A DNA stretch of 64,000 nt, taken from contig JAYPVM010000007.1 of the NCBI GenBank assembly GCA_038134595.1, forward strand, positions 1-64,000, in the 5' to 3' direction. The position numbers were made by a program, and so were the translations under genes. A model generated the notes under the pieces. It saw only the letters and a program-made list of their open reading frames with translations, did not search any database and was not told the origin of the DNA. Shown piece by piece: positions 39,139-49,131 of the stretch. The first letter of the stretch is position 1, and each line of letters begins with the position of its first letter. The DNA comes from Pseudomonadota bacterium (lineage in GTDB: Bacteria; Bdellovibrionota_C; UBA2361; OMII01).

Positions 39139-40761
39139 TTATGTCGTGGCAACGCGATACCGATCTTCAAACACAGTCGCACCAGGCTCAACAACCAATC
39201 GATTGTTTGCGACAAGGTGTCTGGCGATACGAAATATCATCTCTATCGCATCAGGCTTTCCGAGAGCTGCCGCGATTTCAACGGCCGTTATGGGATTACT
39301 AGAGACGGTTAGATGCGATAGAATCTCGCCCTGCAGAGCGAGAATATCCGATGCCGCCTTTTTACCTGCTTCCACCCCAGGTTGATGATACGCGTTGACA
39401 TTTATGAGCTCTGCATAAAGGCCGACAGCACGCTCGAATAGCGCTATCAACATTCCAATAGTATACTCATTTACCTCGGGTATGGTCACCGAAATGCTCT
39501 CACGACCATTTTCATACAGGGCTGAGCGGGTTCCTAGATAAAATCCTGTGAGGTAATCGCCGCTAGTAACTGCGGGCTCTACTTCAATCTCCTCGGGCGC
39601 AAAGGTAACAGGAAAATCAGATAGCACTGTCTGTGAGGATCGATCGCGTAGGACCTCTATAAAAACGGTGAAAAAATTATGTACCCCTTCTCGCAACTGT
39701 TGCACGTAAGCGTGTTGATCTGTGGAACCCTTGTTGCCATACACGGCCAGACCCTGATTGACACACGTGCCGGTCCTGTCAAACTCCTTACCCAAACTCT
39801 CCATAACAAGCTGCTGCAGATACTTACTAAACAGCTCCAGCCTATCTTTGTAGGGAAGCACCACCATATCTTTTGAGCCTCGACCGCATCCACAATGATA
39901 CCACCCTAATGCCATAAGAGCCGCCGGATTCTGTCGCATGTCAGTGTTGCGAGTCATCTGGTCCATATACCGTGCGCCAGCTAGGAGCTTGTCGATGTCA
40001 AATCCTTGCAACGCTAGAGGCAAAAGACCAACGGCACTAAACTCACTCGTACGGCCGCCGACCCAATCCCACATTGGAAAGCGCTCTAGCCAACCCTCTT
40101 CTCTAGCTGTTGCATCAAGCGCGCTTCCCTCTCCAGTGACCGCCACAAAATGGCGCGAGAAGTCAATTCCAGCAGCTTCAAACGCCTTCTTAGCAACCAA
40201 CTGACCGTTGCGCGTCTCTTTTGTGCCACCTGATTTTGAAATAACAATGACTAGTGTCTTTGACAGCGCGGGAATTCTCGCTATGGTCGCTGCCATGCCA
40301 TCTGGATCGGTATTATCCAAAAATGAGATCGAAAGTTTATCACGAGTAGACGACAATGCTTGCGTTACAAACTGGGGGCCTAAAGCCGATCCGCCAATAC
40401 CTATCACCAAAATGTGCTCAAACCGTCCATTGTCATTCGGTCGAATCTCTCCGCTATGAATCCGCGCGGCAAAATCTCTGATCTTCGAAAGCACAACATT
40501 AATGGCATTAACTATCTCCTCTGATGGAGCCCGAGCACTATCACGTAACCAATAATGCCCGACCATTCGACCCTCATCGGGGTTGGCGATGCTTCCCTCT
40601 TCAAGCCTTGCCATAGCACCCACAGCATCCTCGATCCGAGACTCCATTGCCTGTTCGTATTCTGAAGAATAATTTAAGCGACTTGTATCGAGCGCAAAGC
40701 CACTCTGCGCATCGTACATAAATCTCTCTTGGAATATTTCCCAACTGACAAGGTGTGACAT
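39139..40761 (-). CDS. pgi: Glucose-6-phosphate isomerase
   Basis: GIGGSALGP, ISKSGGTKET, DWVGGRTS, QLVMESLGK, HQPGVEAGK. Start 40761 behind AGGAG. Confidence 0.95.
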   Translation of the reverse strand: MSHLVSWEIFQERFMYDAQSGFALDTSRLNYSSEYEQAMESRIEDAVGAMARLEEGSIANPDEGRMVGHYWLRDSARAPSEEIVNAINVVLSKIRDFAARIHSGEIRPNDNGRFEHILVIGIGGSALGPQFVTQALSSTRDKLSISFLDNTDPDGMAATIARIPALSKTLVIVISKSGGTKETRNGQLVAKKAFEAAGIDFSRHFVAVTGEGSALDATAREEGWLERFPMWDWVGGRTSEFSAVGLLPLALQGFDIDKLLAGARYMDQMTRNTDMRQNPAALMALGWYHCGCGRGSKDMVVLPYKDRLELFSKYLQQLVMESLGKEFDRTGTCVNQGLAVYGNKGSTDQHAYVQQLREGVHNFFTVFIEVLRDRSSQTVLSDFPVTFAPEEIEVEPAVTSGDYLTGFYLGTRSALYENGRESISVTIPEVNEYTIGMLIALFERAVGLYAELINVNAYHQPGVEAGKKAASDILALQGEILSHLTVSSNPITAVEIAAALGKPDAIEMIFRIARHLVANNRLVVEPGATVFEDRYRVATT

Positions 40762-41497
40762 ACCGAATTCTCCTACCAATCCAATTCTTGTCACCTATCA
40801 TGCTAAAAGAGATTCAAACCCTCAAGGAATAGATTAAAAAAACCGACGATTTAGTGGGGTAACCGATGAGCCCGGGTCACACCCAAAGGCAGGTGTCTGC
40901 TGTTTTGGATCATAGACGGAACTCTTAGGGGTACGTGAAAACAGACTTGGTAGTCCGTCCATCAGTAAAGTTGTAACATGCACCAATATACGCAATCGCA
41001 AACAGACCTGCCTCTCTTTACTTTTTACTCCGCACGCACGGCCTCGAAGAACTCCGGCACAAACAACCCAGCACAATACCCTCCACGCTCTATGCTCCCC
41101 TATATGCCCGTACACAGAACGAGTCCCATTGATTTTAATGGCTCTCTCCTATCGTCTACATTAGGACCTCGTTTAAAGTCACCCTACACATTGCTCCCGT
41201 TAACCACCCCTCTCACACACAATTGTCTAGCTAACGCCTCTACAGAAGGGGCTATTCCAGCAACTTCACAGATCCAAGGAGCCTTATACCTAGCAAGACT
41301 TTCAATACAAAACATCGGTTCAACCAAAAATCTTTTGGTCATCTCCCGCGAGGACTGGACTAAATCAAACAAAATCACTACATTAAACGCCTACCTCCAA
41401 GACAAGTGTGAGAGAAACTCTGCGAACCAGGTATCGAACCCGTCGCAACTATTCATAACTTGGGGTAGTTGGTGTTGTCTGACATCAAGGAGGGTTC

Positions 41498-42181
41498 ATG
41501 GGCGCCCATAAACAGCCTCAATTAGGGGATAGGATTGTACTGATGATAAAACAAAATCTAGTTTTCCTCAGAGAATTTCTTCTAGAATTTAAGACAACTG
41601 GCGCGTGTTTTCCAACCTCGAAGTGGGCGGCCCAAGCCCTCATTAAACCCCTGCGCGACACAAATCGAAAACCGATGCGAATTCTTGAGCTCGGTCCGGG
41701 TACGGGCTCGGTGACGCTTCCAATACTTCGCGAACTACGAGAAGGTGATACCCTTACAATTTGTGAGATCAATCCCCGTTTTATGAAGGTATTGAAGGAA
41801 ACACTCGAGAAACAAGAAGATTTTAGAAACAAGAGGACACAGGTCGAGTTTTTCTTAGGTCCTGCCCAAGCCATCCCAGTTACTGAGCCATACGATATGA
41901 TCGTTTGCGCACTCCCATTTCTAAACTTCGATCTACCTATGGTACAAGAAATCTTTGCCAAACTACGGCAAGTAAGCACGCCGAACACCCTTATGACTTA
42001 CTACGAATACATCGGGGCTCGACAATTTAACCAAGCACTTGCGGCCAATAAACACAAAGAACGGATCTCGCTAGTCAATGGTTTCTTAAGAAACTCAAAC
42101 AACGTACAAAACCTAGACTGCAGAAAAGTCTGGCTCAACCTACTCCCTATCAGCATCTATACGGTCAAGCCCGCGGCGTAA
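41498..42181 (+). CDS. Class I SAM methyltransferase, phospholipid N-methyltransferase (PmtA/OlsG)-like
   Basis: FLREFL...TGACFPTSKWAA, ILELGPGTG, EINPRF, IVCALPFLNF, VWLNLLP. Confidence 0.75.
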   Translation: MGAHKQPQLGDRIVLMIKQNLVFLREFLLEFKTTGACFPTSKWAAQALIKPLRDTNRKPMRILELGPGTGSVTLPILRELREGDTLTICEINPRFMKVLKETLEKQEDFRNKRTQVEFFLGPAQAIPVTEPYDMIVCALPFLNFDLPMVQEIFAKLRQVSTPNTLMTYYEYIGARQFNQALAANKHKERISLVNGFLRNSNNVQNLDCRKVWLNLLPISIYTVKPAA

Positions 42182-42363
42182 CCTAAGGATAGCAGATCCT
42201 CAGGATTACTATAGACACGCTACCACTGCAAAGCACTCTTAATGAGGGAAAACCCCAAGAATCTCAATAAACATGGCTCTTGCTAATTCCATGGTTAGTT
42301 GAATCGCGACGCGCAAAGTGACAACGGACAGAAGTATCGTATCACGATAAATCTGAGATAAGA

Positions 42364-43149
42364 TTATCTCTCCCTACCACCTAACCACGCTGGAAGTTGT
42401 CGCTGGGCCAGCATAAAGGGTCCACTCATTGCATATCCTCCCGAGAGGGCCAACAATCCCATAGAGGGATTCCACCACACTAAAGCTACAATCAAACCTA
42501 CCAACACCCGACCCTTTAACTTCATTCCCGAAAAGGAGAGTTGTTTTATACTCAAAAACTTGATTGTCGAAACCATTAGGTAGGCAACTGAGACCAAGGC
42601 TACCGTTGCTATAGTAACAAAAGTTGAGCTCTCATGCTGATGCGGAGAGCTATAGACAATGGAAACCATGAATGCCGCTGCGCCAGGGGTTGGAAGACCC
42701 GCAAAACTCTTTAAGTTTTCGGTGGAGATATTAAATCTTGCCAGACGACTTGCTGCACAGAGCGCAAAAAGAAACGAAACAGCAACCCCAAACTCATCAG
42801 CTGAGCGTTGAAAGGCCCAATGATACATCAACACAGCAGGCGCGATTCCAAAAGACACAAGGTCCGAAAACGAATCAAATTCAACACCAAATCGAGATGT
42901 AGCATTGAGTTTTCTGGCGACTCGCCCATCAAGCCCATCAAGCAGTATGGCAATAAGTACCGCAAATACGGCTTTCTCCAATCTCCCTGACGAAGCGTAC
43001 ATTATCGCCAGGAAGCCACAAAACATATTCCCTACTGTAACAGCATTCGGCACCAAATATCGACGACGATAGAGCCGTTCCCTAAGCTCTCCTTTTTCAC
43101 CACCATCCTGTTCAATAGATTCAATATCTTTTACAGCATTCATATTCAC
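42364..43149 (-). CDS. pssA: CDP-diacylglycerol--serine O-phosphatidyltransferase
   Basis: PNAVT, DGLDGRVAR...GVEFDSFSDLVSFG CDP-alcohol motif, RLARFN, FAGLP. Confidence 0.92.
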   Translation of the reverse strand: MNMNAVKDIESIEQDGGEKGELRERLYRRRYLVPNAVTVGNMFCGFLAIMYASSGRLEKAVFAVLIAILLDGLDGRVARKLNATSRFGVEFDSFSDLVSFGIAPAVLMYHWAFQRSADEFGVAVSFLFALCAASRLARFNISTENLKSFAGLPTPGAAAFMVSIVYSSPHQHESSTFVTIATVALVSVAYLMVSTIKFLSIKQLSFSGMKLKGRVLVGLIVALVWWNPSMGLLALSGGYAMSGPFMLAQRQLPAWLGGRER

Positions 43150-43151
43150 AC

Positions 43152-45224
43152 TTATTCCATCGTCACATAACGTCCGTATCGCTCTCTGAGAGTCACACCT
43201 CCAAGTCTCTCTTCCCGCGGTCGACTTTGCGAACGTAACCCTATCACAGACATGCCAGGGAATTCGAGAGCTTTTGGCATCCCCGCGTATACAATAGTGT
43301 GACCCTCGTCACAAAGGGCTCTTATCATGTCTTTCAGCACTTCCACGTGCCCTGCGTAGAGGATGCAAGGGCCATCTACCAAGATCAAGCTTCCTTTTTG
43401 CATAGAGCGTTTTTCCCCAGTTCTCAATCTCAATAGAGCCCCAAAGAGCTCCAAAAAACGACGATCCAAGAAAGAGCTATCTCCAAGGAGATCCCCTAAT
43501 GTCACCTCATCAAAGCATTTATGTTTTAGCATATCGACTGCGGCTACAAGCTCTGCACTACGCCACGCCACATCTGACAAGTGGGAACACGACCTCGTCA
43601 TGATATCGCGCACTAAAACTCCACCACAAGAAATGTCGGCAATAATTCGCTCATAACGACTTCCCTCGCATATGGAACAGATAGCTTCACTATCTGCTCC
43701 AACGGACTCCTTCTCTATACATGCGACGCATTTGTATCGAGATTTCATCAGGGTTAGTTCCGATGAAACCAATCCAAGCCTTTGAGCCTCTCGCTTGCTG
43801 GCGATTTCAAAAGCCAATAACTCTTCGAGCCCAAGAGCCTCTAAGACTGTTTGGTGCTTTGTTGTATCACCCGTGTCGATATAATGGCATTTTTGGATTC
43901 CGTTGAAATCATCTCGTGAATCAATGGCATTCCGCCTACGAAATCTCTCCTGCAGAGCACGCAACACTTGAGACTTCCCACAACCACTCTCACCCTCAAT
44001 AGAGGTAAGGCTATCCTTATGTATAACAAGCTCTTCAGCTACAATACCAAATTCCATCAGATCACGCAGGATGACCGCTGGCTTTTTACATTTTAATGGC
44101 AACTCGTCTACTTTTTGGCATTTCGATGATGGTGCTTTGGTGCGTATTACCATTGCCTGGCTACCAAAACGCTCACGCAAAGTCTCCTCTCCGATACACG
44201 TCTCTGCGCCATCGACCCTAAAAATAGTAGCATCCAATCCAGACAACTGCGCGCATACGATTGAGGCAAGATTTCTCTCTCCTGGCGACAGCCAGGACAC
44301 GGGCGTTCCGAGAGGATAGCTACCAAATCCCATTCGAGTTATCCCAATAAGCTTTTGAGATAGTGGAGCTTCGTTCACCAACATCTCTTGGCACTCTCGA
44401 AATGAGCATGCTCGTACATCTTGCAAACTCACACCTTCGATAAAATACCTTCCCAACCGAGACACTCTTCCCACACCACAACAGTCCGCGCATACCGCAT
44501 CGTCGAGACCTCGAGAAGATACGATTCCCCGCCCCTTGCAGACGGAGCAATCAGATTCCGTATCAACTCTATCCCTATCCAAGGGGGCCTCTGTTGTCTC
44601 ACACGTAGCACACCGCCACTGATTAGTTGCGGTACAAAGAAGCTCTCCTTGTGCACTTCGTTCTGTAAAATGCCATAAGGTAACAGCCCCTCCTCCGTGT
44701 TCCCACCACTGAATAGCTTCCTTCCGAATACGCTCAAGCTCTCCTACTGTACCAAGGGCAATAACAGGAACACCCCTCTGACTCTCATCATCTGACACAC
44801 GAACTAACCGCCGTCCAACAACCCCTCTAATGGCCCCCAAGAGCTCACAATGATCACGTAACGAGATAGACTCTTTAGGTTTCTCTACCGAAAGCGCTAT
44901 GTATCCAGCCTCCGGTAGCCGTGCCAACTTAAAATCCTGTGGAGAATCCATCGGCTCATTACACGTCATACAACGAACGACAGCTACACGAACAAACGCT
45001 GAAAACAGCTCATTATGCAAACCAAACAACTCAACTATCGACAAGGGCCCCGCTCCCAGCGGTGTTCTAGAGATAGAAACGCGGGGATTTCTAAAGGATT
45101 GAAGGAACACTACTGGTTCCACAGCTGTGGCCTGGTCGCCCAAAATACTAGGAGTCGTGAACTGCCGATACTCCTCATCATCTAGCTCTCGCACATTGTT
45201 GGCAGAAAAATCTGATTTACTCAT
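43152..45224 (-). CDS. Divergent, truncated UvrA-like ABC/zinc-finger protein
   Basis: Several CxxC pairs in UvrA-like order, MGFGSYPLG...LSPGE, GESGCGKS, CSICEGSRY, ILVDGP, GHTIV. Confidence 0.65.
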   Translation of the reverse strand: MSKSDFSANNVRELDDEEYRQFTTPSILGDQATAVEPVVFLQSFRNPRVSISRTPLGAGPLSIVELFGLHNELFSAFVRVAVVRCMTCNEPMDSPQDFKLARLPEAGYIALSVEKPKESISLRDHCELLGAIRGVVGRRLVRVSDDESQRGVPVIALGTVGELERIRKEAIQWWEHGGGAVTLWHFTERSAQGELLCTATNQWRCATCETTEAPLDRDRVDTESDCSVCKGRGIVSSRGLDDAVCADCCGVGRVSRLGRYFIEGVSLQDVRACSFRECQEMLVNEAPLSQKLIGITRMGFGSYPLGTPVSWLSPGERNLASIVCAQLSGLDATIFRVDGAETCIGEETLRERFGSQAMVIRTKAPSSKCQKVDELPLKCKKPAVILRDLMEFGIVAEELVIHKDSLTSIEGESGCGKSQVLRALQERFRRRNAIDSRDDFNGIQKCHYIDTGDTTKHQTVLEALGLEELLAFEIASKREAQRLGLVSSELTLMKSRYKCVACIEKESVGADSEAICSICEGSRYERIIADISCGGVLVRDIMTRSCSHLSDVAWRSAELVAAVDMLKHKCFDEVTLGDLLGDSSFLDRRFLELFGALLRLRTGEKRSMQKGSLILVDGPCILYAGHVEVLKDMIRALCDEGHTIVYAGMPKALEFPGMSVIGLRSQSRPREERLGGVTLRERYGRYVTME

Positions 45225-45649
45225 AAGGTTCTTTCTCTGCCTTAATAGCTTGTGTACCTAGAAAGCAATCTTCTAATCGATTCCATGATCAGTTTTAAAC
45301 CTAGAGTCTACCGTCAACAGGAACGTAGTCGCAACAGCCCTGACTAACCCAAAAAACCCTCTCGGCGCCAATATCGCACGCGATTCTAGTCAGTTAAGGC
45401 ACATACGCACTGGTCTACAGATTTGGACTGGTTTAAACTGTAAGCTGCGAAGAATGCATATCCTGGGCTAAGCAGCTGCCACTCTCAAGAGAGTCGTTCT
45501 TGCGAGTGAAAACACCTTAAATCATACCATGTATAAACAAGTAACAATGTGAACAAAATAACGACTAGAAATATACATACTATGCGTTGCGGACAATCGC
45601 GTACTTCAATAAAAATAAGAGACTTAACACTGTACAAAAATTAGGCTCC

Positions 45650-46945
45650 ATGCACCTCTATCAGATAACAAAGAAGCTTCTGAGTAGCCTCGCATCAAAA
45701 TCCCCGCTGACCAAACAGTGCCTGTTTATACTTGTCTTGTGCGGCTATCTCTTGCTGTTCATTGCTGGGCCTGAGAGTGACATTGTGGCTACAGCGCTTA
45801 CGCTCGGCCTCTGCCTCGTCATATTCATTATTACAACCTATACAATTTTATATGCCACAATAATCAAGAACCGCATTAACCTCTCTGTGAGCTTGCCATC
45901 GGAATCATTGTATGCGACCCAATCCTTTACGGCGATTCTGTCTCTTCCATCGCTAAACTCAATGCCTGGCATTCTTCACGAATTCTCGCCAGTCTTTGAG
46001 CATCACGGGGCTACTGCGACCAAAATTAGACTCCTAACTACTCCCGAATCTACTCGCGTCGCTTTACCCATCACCCTCCCCCATAGAGGAAATTGGCGAA
46101 TCCTTGCCATAAAATGCTCTGTAAAAGACGTAACTGGATTTGCAGACATCACCTGGACGATTCCGATAGACACCACGTGCTGCGTATTACCTCAGAAAGC
46201 CTTAGCTTCAACATATCCGGTTCTTAGCTCATCACAACGGGCAGGAGACGTCGCTCCTGATCTAGCAAGAAGAGTCGGAGATCCGTACGACCTAAAGCAA
46301 TATCATCCCTCCGATGGTGTAAAAAAAATCGTCTGGAAAGTCTTTGCAAAAAGCGGAGAGCTTCTATCTCGACATCCGGAGCCATCGATGACCCCGGAGG
46401 GTTTTGTCGGGGTATTTGTGGCCGCTCGGCGCACCGATGATACCATCTGCAGTGCCGCGCTAGACTACATCGCTGCGCTCGAGGACCTTGAGATCGATAT
46501 TCGACTAGCATGTCAGGGCTTAGGCGATCTTCCAATCGCTCACGACACAACATCATCCAGAGACCTACTTATCGATGCTGTGTGGAATAGTAATGACAGC
46601 TCATCTCCTGTGCCCGACATGCAAAAGCTACTTGATGCATGCTCTCAATACGTCACATTTGGTGCCGTAGAAACCATCCTCATCTTTGTCTCAGGAGATC
46701 GACTGGAGCAGTCGGGAGAAACTACTAAGTTAGTCGAGCTCGGCACGTGGCTGGAGCAACAAGGGATATCTCCTACATATATGCTTATAGAACCCTCTCA
46801 AAATATCCGAGAGGCCCCATCCGAACGCACCCTACTTGAGCAATTGCACCTTGTGACGAAAGAAGACTCTCCAATTGTTACTTCAGGAGAATATAGACAA
46901 TTTCTCGGAATATGCCTCACACGACAATGGGAGGTATACACATGA
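45650..46945 (+). CDS. DUF58-domain protein with N-terminal TM segments
   Basis: HRGNW, GDPYDLKQYHPSDGVKKIVWKVFAK (DUF58 core); in an operon with MoxR. Confidence 0.78.
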   Translation: MHLYQITKKLLSSLASKSPLTKQCLFILVLCGYLLLFIAGPESDIVATALTLGLCLVIFIITTYTILYATIIKNRINLSVSLPSESLYATQSFTAILSLPSLNSMPGILHEFSPVFEHHGATATKIRLLTTPESTRVALPITLPHRGNWRILAIKCSVKDVTGFADITWTIPIDTTCCVLPQKALASTYPVLSSSQRAGDVAPDLARRVGDPYDLKQYHPSDGVKKIVWKVFAKSGELLSRHPEPSMTPEGFVGVFVAARRTDDTICSAALDYIAALEDLEIDIRLACQGLGDLPIAHDTTSSRDLLIDAVWNSNDSSSPVPDMQKLLDACSQYVTFGAVETILIFVSGDRLEQSGETTKLVELGTWLEQQGISPTYMLIEPSQNIREAPSERTLLEQLHLVTKEDSPIVTSGEYRQFLGICLTRQWEVYT

Positions 46946-49131
46946 AAACACCCGTAAACACGCGCCCTCCATTGGTAAAGACTATAATTGCGATGCGCTC
47001 ACTCTGGGCATGCATAGCACTCGTGGCTCTTCAGCATCTTATAGGACTCGGAACTCCTACGGCTCTTCTCCTACTTGCAAGTATTGCTGGTATTATCACA
47101 GCTACGTTTCTTGCTCACTCTAAAGTCACATTTCTGGGTCTTATCGCAATTACCATCGGACTCATAACGGGCTCCTCACTTTTAATCGATATCGTCAACT
47201 ACTCGTTCGAAAAGCTCCTGCATCTCCATTTTTTTGCTGATTCGATAGGCATACAAATTAAAACGTGCCTGGGCATTGCTCTCGCATGTGGGCTCCTTAC
47301 GTGGGGATTTTGGCGCGTGCGCGCTTTTCTTTATTTAGAAGCTCTTGCGGCCTCATTCATCGTTGTGATTTTGTGCTCAGGTCACCGACAGTATCATCTC
47401 GATCAACCAAAAATCGTATCATCACTAGCTTGGTATTTTGGTGTAAATACCATTTATATGCTTAGCTGCATCGGAATTATATTTGCTCTAGCTAGCATTC
47501 TCTACCTTTACTGCGCAGCGATAGCTGTTCGACCTCGCACTGAGTCAGCACCCGTTTCTCTCATAGTGACCAGAAAGCGATTCGCTATTTCGACGATACT
47601 AGCGCTTTTATTTTGCCTACCACTGCTGATACTGCAGTCGATTCTTTATCGACACTATCACCAATCCATGCAAAGTCGAGTTGCAAACGGCGTAGGCATG
47701 GAGCACAAGGAGGGGGTAAGTCCTTTAAGTTTTCAATCTGCTTTAGGAAGCTCAAATCAACCGGCGGCGCTGGTGCGCCTCGAGGGAGATTATACCGACA
47801 ACCCCTTTGTGCCGATGCTATACATGAGAGAAAGTGCCTTATCACATTTTAATGGCAAAGAATTAGTTTTTGCAGGGCGAGGGTTTGACGGAGATCTTCC
47901 TGCGATAGAGCCTTCGGGCACATTTTCGCGGCCGGAAGATATTGCACTTCTTGAACGGACCCCGCTCGTGCAATCAGTCTATACACTCGCTGACCACAAG
48001 AACGCTTTTGCAACCGACTATCCTGTCTCTATCGTCCAGTTAAAAAACCCTCGCCCAAAACGATTTAAAAGTAGCTACCGCGCCTACTCTATTGCACCCG
48101 CCTATGAACTAAGCTCCCTCTCTTCAAAGGATGTGGGGGACTCTCGATGGTCTTCAGAGATCAAACAGCACTTTCTTGCGATCCATACCGACAAACGATA
48201 CGGCGAACTGGCCGCTGAGATATCACAATCGGCAAAAACTCCCGTGGATAAGATGTTAGCGCTAACTAATTATCTCTCGAGAACCGCGATATATACGCTC
48301 ACCCCAAATCACACTGTTGATGCAAACGAGGATCCGGTAGCGCCTTTTCTTTTCGGAGACCATCGTGGATACTGCGTCCATTTTGCACATGCTCTCGTGT
48401 ATATGGCCCGAAGTCTCGGAATACCCTCACGAATTGGCACTGGCTATCTAACAGATCTTAGCCAAGCAAAAGATGGTCATATACTGCTGAGAATGAGTGA
48501 TCGCCACGCATGGGCCGAGGTATTTATCGAAGGTGTCGGCTGGACACCCTTTGATGTTCAACCTGACCAGGTTGAAAGCCACGCAGAAACGGCCGTTGAT
48601 GCGAAGCTTCTTGAGGAGCTAATGGGGATTCTAGAGCCAGGCGAAGAAATTCTTCCTCCCGAACTCACAGCTGATGAAGTCGGTATGGAGGCACATTCCT
48701 ACTTATGGATACCATCAATTCACCAAGTAAGAAACGCTACACTCACTCTGCTTCTTTTGGCAGTACTGCTAAAACTTTTCATCCGAAACCGCTGGAGGGT
48801 CACATCCGATCCTAAGCAAAAGATTAAATGGAGCTATATAGCCGTGTCTTCTATCCTCTATGACATGCAGATTGAACGGTATCGCGCAGAAACCACCAAA
48901 CAATTTGCCCTACGAGCACCTATTCTCGCGCTAGAAGACATAAGCTTAATGCTCAATGAAGCTTTATACCGGGCTCAACCTAAGATTTCGAACAAGGACA
49001 TCGACGACGCAATGAGGCGTGTAGCGAAAGAATGTAGCCTAATGCCGATTCGTACTCGGTTGGTAATTACACTTAATCCTCGCTCAATACTTCGAGCAGC
49101 ATCGAGCTTTATTGGAGGGGGTCGCTGGTAA
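46942..49131 (+). CDS. Multi-pass membrane protein with a transglutaminase-like domain
   Basis: Several TM helices, then GYCVHFA, ARSLGIPSRIGTGY, HAWAEV, W..FD (Cys-His-Asp). ATGA overlap with the DUF58 gene. Confidence 0.88.
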   Translation: MKTPVNTRPPLVKTIIAMRSLWACIALVALQHLIGLGTPTALLLLASIAGIITATFLAHSKVTFLGLIAITIGLITGSSLLIDIVNYSFEKLLHLHFFADSIGIQIKTCLGIALACGLLTWGFWRVRAFLYLEALAASFIVVILCSGHRQYHLDQPKIVSSLAWYFGVNTIYMLSCIGIIFALASILYLYCAAIAVRPRTESAPVSLIVTRKRFAISTILALLFCLPLLILQSILYRHYHQSMQSRVANGVGMEHKEGVSPLSFQSALGSSNQPAALVRLEGDYTDNPFVPMLYMRESALSHFNGKELVFAGRGFDGDLPAIEPSGTFSRPEDIALLERTPLVQSVYTLADHKNAFATDYPVSIVQLKNPRPKRFKSSYRAYSIAPAYELSSLSSKDVGDSRWSSEIKQHFLAIHTDKRYGELAAEISQSAKTPVDKMLALTNYLSRTAIYTLTPNHTVDANEDPVAPFLFGDHRGYCVHFAHALVYMARSLGIPSRIGTGYLTDLSQAKDGHILLRMSDRHAWAEVFIEGVGWTPFDVQPDQVESHAETAVDAKLLEELMGILEPGEEILPPELTADEVGMEAHSYLWIPSIHQVRNATLTLLLLAVLLKLFIRNRWRVTSDPKQKIKWSYIAVSSILYDMQIERYRAETTKQFALRAPILALEDISLMLNEALYRAQPKISNKDIDDAMRRVAKECSLMPIRTRLVITLNPRSILRAASSFIGGGRW

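Noticed and set aside
40840..40870. c-di-GMP-I riboswitch (GGGGTAACCGATG resembles its 3' end)
   Set aside because: The upstream GGCAAA, GNRA-tetraloop and receptor elements are absent.
40978..41511. 177-aa ORF upstream of the methyltransferase
   Set aside because: No RBS, Pro/Ser/Thr-rich composition and no motif; probably non-coding.
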